From: a virus
DNA length: 64,000 nt
Direction: 5' to 3' (one strand)
Virus record (IMG/VR): IMGVR_UViG_3300010400_000001
Coordinates: 32,001-96,000 of that record
In this document: piece after piece, positions 51,788-61,781 of the stretch
Numbering within the stretch: the stretch's first letter is position 1
Layout of the letters: every line of letters starts with the position of its first letter
Position numbers and translations under genes: made by a program
The notes under the pieces: generated by a model
Database searches by the model: none
Told to the model about the DNA's origin: nothing
The model's input: the letters and a program-made list of their open reading frames with translations, nothing else

Positions 51788-52336
51788 ATGAGCGCAGAAG
51801 ACGCCGCCGGCATGTACGCGGGTCGTCCGGTGACGATCCAGCGCTGGCCCGTTCTCGAGCGGAAGGTCGACGACGACGGGAAGGTCGTGAGATCGCCCGA
51901 CGGATACATTCGCACCAAAAATCCACTCGAGGAGCGGCAGGTCCGTCTCGTCGAGTTTCCGGGCCCCTCGCGAGTCACCGTGCACTTCATTCTCGGCGAC
52001 TTCCGGAACTTCAGTCTCCGGAGCGGCCGTGGCGTTCGAATGCCCGACTGGGTGCTCTCGAAAGAGTCCCTGAAGGAGCTCCGGAAGCTCGCAAAGGAGA
52101 TCTTCCCGAAGATGCACCAGGCCGGCTATTGCGCCGCCTGCGAGCATCATCATTCGGGACCGGAGCTCGCCAACATCTGCGTCGGCTGTCCGTGTCCGAG
52201 GCGCGGGCCGTTCAAGCGCGAAGTCGACGACGCCGTGGTGCGAGCGATCGACGGAAAGCCCGCGAACGACCTAGCGGCGATGCCCGATGGTGATGCTCCC
52301 GAGTCCGAGGCCGAACACGAGATCGAGGAGCCATAG
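51788..52336 (+). CDS. Hypothetical protein with C-terminal Cys/His cluster
   Basis: CAAC.H.H...C..C.C. Confidence 0.55.
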   Translation: MSAEDAAGMYAGRPVTIQRWPVLERKVDDDGKVVRSPDGYIRTKNPLEERQVRLVEFPGPSRVTVHFILGDFRNFSLRSGRGVRMPDWVLSKESLKELRKLAKEIFPKMHQAGYCAACEHHHSGPELANICVGCPCPRRGPFKREVDDAVVRAIDGKPANDLAAMPDGDAPESEAEHEIEEP

Positions 52337-52462
52337 GCACACCGCGACGATGACGACGACGCGGATGATCTTTGCAATCGTCGCGTCGATCGGAAATTGG
52401 CCAAGTCCCCAGAGCAAGAGCCCGACGATGGCCAGGATGACCACTACATGAATTAATGGCAT
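52271..52462 (-). CDS. Small two-TM membrane protein (Thivi_2564-like)
   Basis: AGGAG SD; IVGLLLW....P.D..I.KII.VVV..LWLL. Confidence 0.7.
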   Translation of the reverse strand: MPLIHVVVILAIVGLLLWGLGQFPIDATIAKIIRVVVIVAVCLWLLDLVFGLGLGSITIGHRR

Positions 52463-52512
52463 GTTCTCTCCTGAGTCGTCAGTGTATCATGTGAGCGAAA
52501 GGGCAGAACGCG

Positions 52513-53064
52513 ATGGCTCAGGATGACGACTTCGAGCAGGCCCTCGAAGCTCTTGCGCGAGTCGAGGGGAAAACCGTTGCCGAGCTGAAGCACGAGATGC
52601 TTCGCGAACGCGTCATGGGAGCGAGACAAAAAGACCCAGCGCCGGCCGCGATCGTTCCAAGCACCGGCGACGCAAGTGCGCCGCTCGCGCGCGTACGGCG
52701 AGACGCGATCGACCGACATCAGCGCCAGGAGTATCCCGGAAGCCCCGTCGTGCGTTACGGGCGCGACCCCTACGGCGAGACGGCCGAAGAGGCCCAAGAG
52801 CGCTGGCTCGAGGAGGAGGCCATGCTCCCGGACGGGGTACACGGGCTCGGTGGCCAGTCTGCCGGCGGCATTTTCGGAGGCGGGGCCATCGCGACGAGCA
52901 TTTACGATCCGGAAGCCATGGGCCGTGCAGACAGCCGCGCCGGCCAACTGGTCAACGCCAAGCTCCTCCAAGTCATCGAACGCCTTGAGCGCCGCCTGCC
53001 CCCCGCTGAGGACGAGCGACCGAGCCTGCCGCGCGGCAGCGACCGCCGGCGCCTCGGGCGCTAA
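52513..53064 (+). CDS. Hypothetical protein
   Basis: ORF after intergenic gap. Confidence 0.65.
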   Translation: MAQDDDFEQALEALARVEGKTVAELKHEMLRERVMGARQKDPAPAAIVPSTGDASAPLARVRRDAIDRHQRQEYPGSPVVRYGRDPYGETAEEAQERWLEEEAMLPDGVHGLGGQSAGGIFGGGAIATSIYDPEAMGRADSRAGQLVNAKLLQVIERLERRLPPAEDERPSLPRGSDRRRLGR

Positions 53065-53073
53065 GCAAGCGCC

Positions 53074-53544
53074 GTGCCAGAACACGTTTCACGTGAAACG
53101 TTCCACGCGGCGGGAACGCTGATTCTCGCGGAAACTAGCGGCCGCGTTCTGCTCCTAGACCGGTCCGACGGGGGCGGCTGGAGTCATCCCGGTGGATGGG
53201 CGGAAGAGGGCGAAACACCAGAGGAAACGGCGATTCGGGAGCTCTACGAGGAGACGGGGCTGCCGGCGATTCTGACGGAGCCCGTCCTGTCATTCTCGCT
53301 CGCCGTAAATGCGGACGGGGTAGTTTTTGTGCCGCCAGCCGACATGTCGCTTCGTGCCGTGTCACTGGTTTACGACCTCTTCGTGGTTACCGTGCGGGAG
53401 GAGTTCGTGCCAGACTTGAACGACGAGCATCGCGACTGGGCATGGGCGGACGCTGCGGCTCCCGGAAAACGGCTGCACCCCGGATGCGCCGTGGCGCTAG
53501 AGTGGATTCAGATGCTCGCAAAAGAGAGAGCCAAATGTCCGTAA
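53074..53544 (+). CDS. Nudix hydrolase
   Basis: Nudix box GGWAEEGETPEETAIRELYEETGL. Confidence 0.9.
   Translation: MPEHVSRETFHAAGTLILAETSGRVLLLDRSDGGGWSHPGGWAEEGETPEETAIRELYEETGLPAILTEPVLSFSLAVNADGVVFVPPADMSLRAVSLVYDLFVVTVREEFVPDLNDEHRDWAWADAAAPGKRLHPGCAVALEWIQMLAKERAKCP
53085..53100. promoter_or_regulatory. parS: parS-type centromere site CGTTTCACGTGAAACG
   Basis: Perfect palindrome containing the 14-bp core of the bacterial parS consensus TGTTTCACGTGAAACA. Confidence 0.7.
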
Positions 53545-54074
53545 TCCCCTGGGTAATTACCGGTTGGGTCGCCGTTTTTGCCCTCGTGCGGGAGCTTCGC
53601 GTGAGAAAACGTGAGGCCCTGACCAGTGCCGCAACTCTCGCCGCGGCGTCGATAGTCCGGCGAACCGACGAGCAGGCCGACTTTCAAAAGCGCCGCGCCG
53701 ACGAGTTTTTCGGAATCATCGAGGGCATCCTCGGCGAGCGCGACCAGTGGAAGACAATGTATTACAAAATGTCGCAACAGGCCGGTGTCGCCCAGGCTTG
53801 GTTACTACGTGAGCTCTCGACTTCGGTCCTCCGGTCGAACCGGTATGCCGAGGTGCTCCGCGAAAAAGGGGTGAACGTCCAGAAAGTGGCCATCGATCCG
53901 GCGCTGAAGACGATCGTCGAAGAGTTTGGCGGACGGCATCCGAGCGCTGGCGATAGTGTTATTGCCTCACCGACGCTCGATGATGCGAACCGGGCCAGGG
54001 ATAGATTCGCGCTCGAAGAGAAACAGATGGCAGAGGCGTCAAAAGGCACCGCAGAGCCTATTTTGCCTGGTTAG
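53535..54074 (+). CDS. N-terminally anchored helical protein
   Basis: MSVIPWVITGWVAVFALV then coiled coil. Confidence 0.6.
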   Translation: MSVIPWVITGWVAVFALVRELRVRKREALTSAATLAAASIVRRTDEQADFQKRRADEFFGIIEGILGERDQWKTMYYKMSQQAGVAQAWLLRELSTSVLRSNRYAEVLREKGVNVQKVAIDPALKTIVEEFGGRHPSAGDSVIASPTLDDANRARDRFALEEKQMAEASKGTAEPILPG

Positions 54075-54133
54075 CCGGAGGGGTAGCTACGAGACTTGCT
54101 CGAAGATGTGCTCGTGCTTAGTCTGAAAAGCAC

Positions 54134-54931
54134 ATGTCCGACGAAACAGAGGGCCCTGCGGGCGAGCCCCGCGATGAGGCTTCGCCTGGCGATTGCGTGA
54201 TCGAGGAGGAATCGGAGGAGAGCGAGACGGAGTTTCATCCGTTCTCGGAGCTCGACGAAGATTTCAAACCGGGGCCAGCTGTCCGGATCATGGGAGAGGA
54301 CGGGCTCCCCGTCACAGTCGATCAAACAGCGACGAGCGACATCCCAGCTCTCTCGACTGAGTCGCTGATCTGCATGGGGGACTTTTCGAAGTTCGTGCTC
54401 CGTGACGAGTGGGGCGATGTCGTTGCCGAATTTCCGCCGTCGTTCGTTAGTCGAGCGCCGAACGGCCAATGGCGTATTCCGACTGACGTGGCGATTTCCG
54501 AGCCCACGCTTGTCGCGTGGCGGGAACGCATCCGAAGTGAGGAAACGTCGGTGCCGTGGACGGACCTCATGCTCTTGCAGCATCTGCTTGGCGTACGAGG
54601 TTTGATGGTGAACAGCACCTGGACCGAAGTCGAGCCGCTCCGTCCGCCGTGCCGCAACTACGTGCAGCAGAAGACGGTGTTTCATCTGAACGCGGAGAAC
54701 CGTCTTTTTCCTCGCCTCTGCTCTGCGCGCCGAACGACGGAGGGCACGTTCATGACGGTGCGTGACTCCGGCATGTGGGCCTGCACGATGCGCGAGCCGC
54801 GTGACATCGAAAGCGAGAAAGCGCTCGAGGCGTTCGATCGTTTGAAGATCGAGCAGGGGAAAAACAGACAGCACCTTCCGATGTTCGGCGGAGGCGCCGG
54901 CATCTTCGACTCCAATGCTGAAAGGAAATAG
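54134..54931 (+). CDS. Hypothetical protein
   Basis: Acidic N-terminus, scattered Cys. Confidence 0.7.
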   Translation: MSDETEGPAGEPRDEASPGDCVIEEESEESETEFHPFSELDEDFKPGPAVRIMGEDGLPVTVDQTATSDIPALSTESLICMGDFSKFVLRDEWGDVVAEFPPSFVSRAPNGQWRIPTDVAISEPTLVAWRERIRSEETSVPWTDLMLLQHLLGVRGLMVNSTWTEVEPLRPPCRNYVQQKTVFHLNAENRLFPRLCSARRTTEGTFMTVRDSGMWACTMREPRDIESEKALEAFDRLKIEQGKNRQHLPMFGGGAGIFDSNAERK

Positions 54932-54937
54932 AGATCA

Positions 54938-55489
54938 ATGACGGACATGGCGGCTCAGGTTTTGGAAGAGGATCCGGACACCGAGGAAGAATTTCGCGCG
55001 CTCTTCATGGAAGCGGAGGAAGCGCAGGCTCGCCTAAAGGCCTTAGGGCTCGCCGAGCAGCAAGCGGGCAGGCCTGAACTTGGGAAGATCTACCAGGAGC
55101 TCGCTGGTACGGTGGTTTCCCTCCTCGGCGACTTTGCCGCGACGAGCGGCGGCGCGTTCCGTGCGCTCGAGGAGACGGTGGATGGGCTTGCCGATCAGGT
55201 CGAGACCGACGCTCCGACCGAGTCGGTGCTCCTCCCCGAAGATGCGGAGGACTACCAGAAGTACTTCGCCCAGATGTCGGAGCTTTTGACCGGCCTCTCG
55301 AAGTCTCTCTCGGATGGCGACGCGGAGCAGCGCACGGTGATCGAGGCTCTGCAGCGCCTGACGCAGGACCGAATCGAGTTCACGAAAGAGATCACGTTCG
55401 AAGAAGAAGACGTGGACGAGCCGCCGGCGCCGAATGGCAAACCGAAGGAAGAGACTGAAGAAGAGGACGAGGACGACGACGAGGAATGA
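54938..55489 (+). CDS. Highly acidic helical protein
   Basis: GAAAGGA SD; D/E-rich tail. Confidence 0.7.
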   Translation: MTDMAAQVLEEDPDTEEEFRALFMEAEEAQARLKALGLAEQQAGRPELGKIYQELAGTVVSLLGDFAATSGGAFRALEETVDGLADQVETDAPTESVLLPEDAEDYQKYFAQMSELLTGLSKSLSDGDAEQRTVIEALQRLTQDRIEFTKEITFEEEDVDEPPAPNGKPKEETEEEDEDDDEE

Positions 55490-58020
55490 CAGAAGCCGCC
55501 CCTCAGGAAAGTCCGGAGCCGCCGCGAGAGCTAGATCGCAAGCTTCTCGCGGAGGCGAATCTCTATGGCGTCGCCTATAAGCCCTATGCGGCGATGACGT
55601 CGCGTGAGCGCGGCGCCGTCAAGGGTCGCTGGGCGCACAAGATCCGATCGGAGGCGAAGCGCCGGGGCATCGACCCTGACGAGTTTCTTGCGATGTCGGA
55701 GGACGCCCGCGAGGAAGTCAGAAAAGAGTATCCCGAGCGTCCGCCCGCGCCGAAGCCGCCGCAAAAGAAACGGTCGATCGAAGACGTCGCCGCAAAGCGA
55801 GTCGCCGCTGAGTACGTGGACGAAGGGCTCACGCGAGGTGACGAGACGTACTCACCGGAGTCGCTCGTGCCCCCTACTGAGTCCGATCCTCGGCTTCGAG
55901 ACAAGCCGACGCTCGGCGAGGTGACGCCGGCGGACAATGAGGATCTGGTCGGTTGGACGCCGCCCTCGAACCTACTCGACATCTACGCTCGCTTCACGAT
56001 CGGCGACGGCCAGCACTTCATTCGTGTCGAACGGCTCGAGCCGAAGATCTGGCAGTCCGTTCCGTGCGCCGGCTACCTCGGAGAGATTCGAGAGCCGATT
56101 TCAGAAGAGCAGTTTCGCGCCTTCTACGGCGGCAGGGTCTACAGCCTGACCGTCTATGGGCCAGATCCGCACGGGCGAAGAGATCCAACGAACGACACGC
56201 CGATCATCAAGGCGAAGACGCAACCCTTCCGGTACACGGTTGCGAACATGCCTTATCCCAATTTCAAGGCGCTTCCGGGAGTCAGCCCGTCGGCGCATGG
56301 AGTAAATCCAATGCAACCGTTTCCAGTAGGCATGTTCCCGAGTGGCGAGATGCCGACGACCCCGGCAGCTGCGCAGCAGTTCAAGTCCACGCTCGACTTC
56401 GTGAGCGACATGGTGGAGCGCGGCGACAAGAAGGCTGAGGAGGCTCGCCGAAACAACGGTCAGACGAGCGACGTCCTGAAAGTCGTGAGCGATGCGGGCA
56501 GGGAGGCGATCGAGCAGGCAAACAAGGCTGCCGCCACGAGGGAAAAGGCTCTGCTCGATCAGCTGGCGAGCGAGCGAGAGGATCGAAAGAAGCTCGAAGA
56601 CAAGATCGACAAGCTTGCCGCTGCGCCGAAGACGAGCTCGGTGCAAGAGGCGACGGAGCTCCTCAAGACTTTGAACCCGGCGGAAAACGCTCAGCAGCAA
56701 GTGGTGCGTCTCGAGCAGCAGCACAAGGACGAGATTTCGCGGATCCGAGAGCAGCACAAGGAGACCCTCGACGCGCTCCGGATCCGTCACGACGACGAGG
56801 TGAAGCGACTTCGCGATCGCATCGACGATATCGAGCGCATGTACAAGAGCAAGCTCGAGGACGCAGAGAAGCGCCTGCTCGAACGAGACCGCGAGCTCCG
56901 GCTCGACATCGACAGAGAGCGCAAGGATGGGCAGGACCGAGTGAGGGAGACCGAGGCGCGAGAGCGGAGCGTCGCTGCCGAACGGATCAAGGAAACCGAA
57001 AAGCTCTTCGAGGGGCGCCTTGCCGATCTCAGGAGTCAGAACGAACGGGAGCTCCGCGACGCAAAAAGCCAGAACGAGCGTGAGCTTCGAATGCAAAAGG
57101 AGCAGTTCGATACCCGCGTCGAGACATCGAAGAGCACGATGGACATGCAGCTCGCCGCGGCCAAGGAGCGAGTGAAGCGGCTCGAAGAAGAGATCGAGGA
57201 AGCCAAGGAGGAACTCGCAGCGGCCAAGGATCCAATCGCGATCATGGAACGAGCGAAGAAGGAAGCAGAAGCGCTCGGGTTCGAGAAGAAGGAGGACGCC
57301 GGTCCGCAGACGACTGGCGAGCGCTTCGCAGCCACGGTCGGCATGGGGCTCTCGAAGGCTCTGGAGACCTTGCCCGAGTGGGGACCGAAGATGATGTCGT
57401 CCTTTGGTCAGCGCTCGCAGCCGGCGCTCGGCTCCGTTCCGGTGCAGCGCCTCCCGCAGGGTCAGCAGGCTCCCGGGCAGAGACCGCCGCAGCAGCGAGT
57501 CGCGAGTCGGCGCACGGTCGCGTGGGCGACGCAGGGCTCTGTGCCGATTGCCGGCCAGGAACCGGTCATCCCGCCCGAAAGACCGAGCGCGCCGCAGGCG
57601 GCCCCGCCCGTAACGGCGCCTCAGGCTGCGCCGCAGGCGGCCGCGCCTCCGCCGCCCGCGACGTCGATTCCTGAATCAGCGGCGGCGCCCGCGCAGGCGC
57701 CTGCCGCTCCGCCCGGACCCGCAACGAATCCGATGGGTCTCATTTTCCCGGACGACGTCGTCGTCGAATTCAGGATGCGAGTCGAGCAAGCGATCAACGC
57801 GAACTATTCGGCGGAGACATTCGCGGATCAATTCCGTGGGCAGTTCCCTGACGCTGCGGTCGCGCTCGCGAGTACCTACAAGCCCGAGCATCTCGCCGAG
57901 GTCGTGAAGGGCATGCCGAATTCCGGCGACTCTCCGATCTTGCGCCGTGACGGCAAGCGGTGGGTCGAAAAGTTCTGGGCGCGCCTCTCGGCGCCGGCCG
58001 GCGCGCCCGCGCCATCGTGA
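55486..58020 (+). CDS. 844-aa protein with long coiled coil and Pro/Gln-rich linker
   Basis: About 300 aa of E/K/R heptads. Confidence 0.8.
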   Translation: MTEAAPQESPEPPRELDRKLLAEANLYGVAYKPYAAMTSRERGAVKGRWAHKIRSEAKRRGIDPDEFLAMSEDAREEVRKEYPERPPAPKPPQKKRSIEDVAAKRVAAEYVDEGLTRGDETYSPESLVPPTESDPRLRDKPTLGEVTPADNEDLVGWTPPSNLLDIYARFTIGDGQHFIRVERLEPKIWQSVPCAGYLGEIREPISEEQFRAFYGGRVYSLTVYGPDPHGRRDPTNDTPIIKAKTQPFRYTVANMPYPNFKALPGVSPSAHGVNPMQPFPVGMFPSGEMPTTPAAAQQFKSTLDFVSDMVERGDKKAEEARRNNGQTSDVLKVVSDAGREAIEQANKAAATREKALLDQLASEREDRKKLEDKIDKLAAAPKTSSVQEATELLKTLNPAENAQQQVVRLEQQHKDEISRIREQHKETLDALRIRHDDEVKRLRDRIDDIERMYKSKLEDAEKRLLERDRELRLDIDRERKDGQDRVRETEARERSVAAERIKETEKLFEGRLADLRSQNERELRDAKSQNERELRMQKEQFDTRVETSKSTMDMQLAAAKERVKRLEEEIEEAKEELAAAKDPIAIMERAKKEAEALGFEKKEDAGPQTTGERFAATVGMGLSKALETLPEWGPKMMSSFGQRSQPALGSVPVQRLPQGQQAPGQRPPQQRVASRRTVAWATQGSVPIAGQEPVIPPERPSAPQAAPPVTAPQAAPQAAAPPPPATSIPESAAAPAQAPAAPPGPATNPMGLIFPDDVVVEFRMRVEQAINANYSAETFADQFRGQFPDAAVALASTYKPEHLAEVVKGMPNSGDSPILRRDGKRWVEKFWARLSAPAGAPAPS

Positions 58021-58061
58021 AAGCTCGGACGAGCTCGGGGAGCCTGAGCTATCATCAGAAG

Positions 58062-58883
58062 ATGAAGCCCACGCTCGCGATCATGAATCGCTCGACTGTA
58101 GTCCCGGACGCCGCCTTCCCACCTGTCGTTGCCGCCAACCAGAAGCAGGTCTCGGGAGACTTCGCCGAGTACTACGGCAAGGACGCCTCACTCGTATTCG
58201 TAGCGAAGTCAGAGCAGCCGCCCGTAGGAAGCTGGCAGATCGTCGTCAGCGACACGGTGCCGATGGCGGGAGCGCTCGGCTATCACGATTTCACGAAAGA
58301 GGGCAATCCCATCGGCAAAGTCGGCGCGATGACGAGCATGAAGGCGAACGCGCTCTGGGCCGTGACGTTGTCGCACGAGATCTTGGAGATGCTCGCCGAC
58401 CCCGACATCATCCGCGCGGCGTTCGTGCAGCAGACGGCGGTCCGAGCGATGATCTTCGCGTACGAGATTTGCGATCCCGTAGAGGCGGACGAGCTCGCGT
58501 ACGAAATCGACGGCGTGAAAGTGAGCGACTTCGTGACGGAGCAGTGGTTCGAACCGCATCGCGTCGGCGTTCCGTTTTCATTCCGGAAGACTGTGCAGCG
58601 TCCGATGACGCTTGCGCCGGGCGGCTACATCAGCGTGTACCGACCCGGCGGCGGCCGCTGGCAGCAGATTAACGCGCGCGCAGATCTGCATCCTCCCGGC
58701 GCCGCGACAGAAGAACTGCGAAACATCGTTTACCTGGCGCACCGCGCCGAGGTCGATGACGAGCGAGCGATCCGGGGTCGCGCCTTGCCGTACTCGAAGA
58801 TCCCGAACGTCGGGAGCCGGCGCGAGCGGAGAAACCGTGCGCGTGCCGAGTGGTGCGTGAGCACGGAGGACAGCGGTTCATGA
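58062..58883 (+). CDS. Zincin-like hypothetical protein
   Basis: ALGYH, SHEILEMLADP, EICDPV, VSDFV. Confidence 0.7.
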   Translation: MKPTLAIMNRSTVVPDAAFPPVVAANQKQVSGDFAEYYGKDASLVFVAKSEQPPVGSWQIVVSDTVPMAGALGYHDFTKEGNPIGKVGAMTSMKANALWAVTLSHEILEMLADPDIIRAAFVQQTAVRAMIFAYEICDPVEADELAYEIDGVKVSDFVTEQWFEPHRVGVPFSFRKTVQRPMTLAPGGYISVYRPGGGRWQQINARADLHPPGAATEELRNIVYLAHRAEVDDERAIRGRALPYSKIPNVGSRRERRNRARAEWCVSTEDSGS

Positions 58884-59125
58884 GCAAGGATCCGAAGGAC
58901 AGTCCGTTCGTGCGGCATGTTCTCTACACGAACGACGTCACTCGCCTGGTCGCAAGCTTCGTGCAGTCGCTGATGACCGTGGCGCCGCCCGAGAACGTGC
59001 GCCAAGCGCTCGAGTCGATGCTCGTAAATTGGCCAGACCGAGTGCGACACACGAAGGAGATGCATGAGGCCCTTGCGGCCCAGCTCGGCGAGCCGTCGGG
59101 GTGGCCTGACGAATCGAAGAACTAG
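58880..59125 (+). CDS. Hypothetical protein
   Basis: GGAGG SD, ATGA overlap. Confidence 0.5.
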   Translation: MSKDPKDSPFVRHVLYTNDVTRLVASFVQSLMTVAPPENVRQALESMLVNWPDRVRHTKEMHEALAAQLGEPSGWPDESKN

Positions 59126-59266
59126 CCTTCGGGGCGGACGGAGCATGATGCGCGGGGAGATCCCGCGATGTGAAAACGGTGAGTCGTTCATGATGAAACA
59201 CTCCGTCCGGCCCGAGTTTTCGGTAAGCGCTTGTCCCCGGGGGCCTTCGTAGATAAAGTTCTCTCC

Positions 59267-59749
59267 ATGCTCCACGGTAACGGGCTTGGTCGAGGCGGCG
59301 GCGGAGGCGGTCACGGTGGCGGTGGTCACGGTGGAGGCGGCGGTCACCACGGCGGTGGCGGAGGCGGGCATCATGGCGGTGGCGGTCACCACGGCGGCCA
59401 TCGCGGTGGACGCGGGCGCGGCTTCGGTCCGACTGTGGTCGTTCAAGATGGCGGCGGATGGTGGGGTCCGGGCTGGTACGCCGATCCGCTCGTCGTCGAG
59501 CGGACGTGCGCGGTCGTCGACACGGAGGGTGTGTGCATCTGTCAGACGCTCAATCCGGACGGCACGTGCGCTCGGCCGCTCGTCGGCTGGGTTGGCGGTC
59601 GTCCCATCTACGGCATTGGAGAGGAAACGCTCTCGGCATCGAGCGGAGCGACGAGCTGGATCGCGGGAGGCCTGCTCGTTGGCCTCGCGATTGGCGTCTA
59701 TGCCCTGGATAAAAAGGGCCCTGGCGGCTCCAGGCGCGCCTCAGCTTGA
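59267..59749 (+). CDS. Gly/His-rich protein with C-terminal TM anchor
   Basis: (GGGGH)n repeat, four Cys, IYGIG motif, TM plus KK. Confidence 0.7.
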   Translation: MLHGNGLGRGGGGGGHGGGGHGGGGGHHGGGGGGHHGGGGHHGGHRGGRGRGFGPTVVVQDGGGWWGPGWYADPLVVERTCAVVDTEGVCICQTLNPDGTCARPLVGWVGGRPIYGIGEETLSASSGATSWIAGGLLVGLAIGVYALDKKGPGGSRRASA

Positions 59750-59772
59750 GTTAGACCGGATCCCCTTGTAGA

Positions 59773-60357
59773 GTGAGGGCTGCTGGGCGCTTCCCGACGC
59801 CAGGCATCGGGAAAGTTGTGCGCCAGCTGTCGAACCAGCCCCCATCGACCCTGTCGGGTTTCCGCGGACACCCGGACACGCTCCGGGCCATGGTTCGGGC
59901 CGTTCACGGTCAGCGAGGCGAGCAGAGCATGCTCGTGAAATCGGTGGCCGAGCACATTGTGCAGAAGGTGCAGCCGAAGGATTACCTCGGAGAGATCTTG
60001 GCGGTGAGGTACTGGGTGACCGAGCACGTCAGGTACCTGAACGATCCGCTGCACGTCGAGGTCGTGAAGGATCCGCAACGCATCGTCGAAGAGATCGATG
60101 CACGCGGCCAAGCGGCGGAAGACTGCGACGGCATCGCGCTCCTCATCGGATGCCTCTGCCTTCTCATTGGCCGCGTGTGCGAGTTCGTCGTCGTCGGTTT
60201 CGGCGAGCCCGGGAGCTACAGCCACGTCTTCGTACGCGTAAAGGAACCCCGGAGCGGGAAATGGATCGTGTGCGATCCGGTTGCGGGCTCTGACGAGCGC
60301 GGCATGCTCGATCGCGTGACGACTTTTTACACGAAGAGTCTCGACGAGGCGGCGTAA
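59773..60357 (+). CDS. Transglutaminase-like (Cys-His-Asp) enzyme
   Basis: VRY.ND, EDCDG, SHVF, W...DP. Confidence 0.85.
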   Translation: MRAAGRFPTPGIGKVVRQLSNQPPSTLSGFRGHPDTLRAMVRAVHGQRGEQSMLVKSVAEHIVQKVQPKDYLGEILAVRYWVTEHVRYLNDPLHVEVVKDPQRIVEEIDARGQAAEDCDGIALLIGCLCLLIGRVCEFVVVGFGEPGSYSHVFVRVKEPRSGKWIVCDPVAGSDERGMLDRVTTFYTKSLDEAA

Positions 60358-61073
60358 TGTCGAATCGATTCAAAAATCTCCGCCCGAACTATCCGCTCTA
60401 CGAGAGTCAGCCGATGTTCGGCGGCGCCCTGCCGACGATCGACGAGATCGGGCCGCCCGACATGCGGCCGAGCGGATTGAACCCGTACTACGACATGTAC
60501 AGAGGGGCTCACGGGCGAAACTTTGCCGGCCTCGGAGGAAATACGATGAGTGCTGATCCAGGGATCCGCGACTATCCGAACGAGCTCAACATGCTCGCGG
60601 AGGCCGACGACGTGCAAGGAAACGGCGTCTTCGATCCTCACGGAAGCCAGGGCAACGTCCACGTCGACCAGGGAGTCTTCGCCGATCACGAAAACCTCCC
60701 GGGCTACATCGTGAAGGACCAGTACTACGCGCCCTCTTCGGTCATCGACGCGACGACGGGAAACCCCGTCATGTACGTCCCGGGCGGCGCAGTGCCGATC
60801 GATCAGAACCAGCTCGACACGTACAGAGAGCGCCAGCTTCTCTGGGAATTGCAGCCAGGCCTCAGCCCCGAGAGCCTGCCCGAGCCGCCCGACGGGGAGA
60901 CGTGGATCCCGCACGAGTACTCGTGGCCCGTGTCGGGCATCGGCGCAGATCCGCCGCCGGGCGCAGATCCCGCGTCGCTCCCGTCATCCGGCTCCAAGGT
61001 TCCTCTCATCGCGTCGCTCGGCATCGTCGGCGTCGCCGTCGGCATCTTCGTCGCCACCCTCATGAAGAAGTAA
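60357..61073 (+). CDS. Putative virion protein with C-terminal TM anchor
   Basis: FAGLG and VSGIG motifs; TM plus MKK. Confidence 0.75.
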   Translation: MSNRFKNLRPNYPLYESQPMFGGALPTIDEIGPPDMRPSGLNPYYDMYRGAHGRNFAGLGGNTMSADPGIRDYPNELNMLAEADDVQGNGVFDPHGSQGNVHVDQGVFADHENLPGYIVKDQYYAPSSVIDATTGNPVMYVPGGAVPIDQNQLDTYRERQLLWELQPGLSPESLPEPPDGETWIPHEYSWPVSGIGADPPPGADPASLPSSGSKVPLIASLGIVGVAVGIFVATLMKK

Positions 61074-61079
61074 CCACGC

Positions 61080-61472
61080 ATGGACCACTACCAGAGCATC
61101 CTGCCCGAGTTCGACGTCTTCACGCCGCCGCCGGCGCCGCGCGAGCCGCCCGGCGGTCAGATGCTTGGCGCCGTGCGCCCGAAGAGAGCCGCGCGCTGGC
61201 TCATGAGCCCAGCGTCCGCTGTCTTTTCCGGTCTCGGGCAGGACGAGCCGGCCGCTGCGCTCGCTGTCGAGCCGCCGTCGACGGGGCACCTCGTCGTTGG
61301 TCTCCTCATCCTCACGGGCCTCGGCTACCTCTGCTACGAGGTCGGGACAGCGATGGCGCCCGCCGGCTCGAAGAAGGTGCAGTGGGGCATCGTCGGCATT
61401 CCCGCGGGTCTTCTTGCTGGGCCGCTTGGCCTCGGCGCGATGGCCGTCTACGCGAATCACGGAAGGGGATAA
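61080..61472 (+). CDS. Putative virion membrane protein
   Basis: FSGLG motif then TM helices. Confidence 0.7.
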   Translation: MDHYQSILPEFDVFTPPPAPREPPGGQMLGAVRPKRAARWLMSPASAVFSGLGQDEPAAALAVEPPSTGHLVVGLLILTGLGYLCYEVGTAMAPAGSKKVQWGIVGIPAGLLAGPLGLGAMAVYANHGRG

Positions 61473-61475
61473 GCG

Positions 61476-61781
61476 ATGGGATGCGGCTGCGCTCAAGGTA
61501 TCGGTGATTCGATGAACACGTACGACGGGCCTGTCCCGTCGGGTGTTCCGAATCCGTTCGGTCCGATGCTGCACTCGTACCCGACCAGGTACCACGGCCC
61601 GATCTACACGCGGCCGATGTTCGGCTTTCCGTGGCGCGAGCGTCCGAACGACTTCGCGCGAGAGCGCGGGCTCGAGGGCCTCGGCGTGGAAGACGTCCCG
61701 TCCGGCACGAGTGACGGGCTCAAGGCTCTTCTCGTGCTCGGGCTCATCGGCGGCGTAGTCATCTTGACGAGGAATCTCTGA
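61476..61781 (+). CDS. Putative virion protein with C-terminal TM anchor
   Basis: AQGIG, LEGLG motifs; TM. Confidence 0.7.
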   Translation: MGCGCAQGIGDSMNTYDGPVPSGVPNPFGPMLHSYPTRYHGPIYTRPMFGFPWRERPNDFARERGLEGLGVEDVPSGTSDGLKALLVLGLIGGVVILTRNL

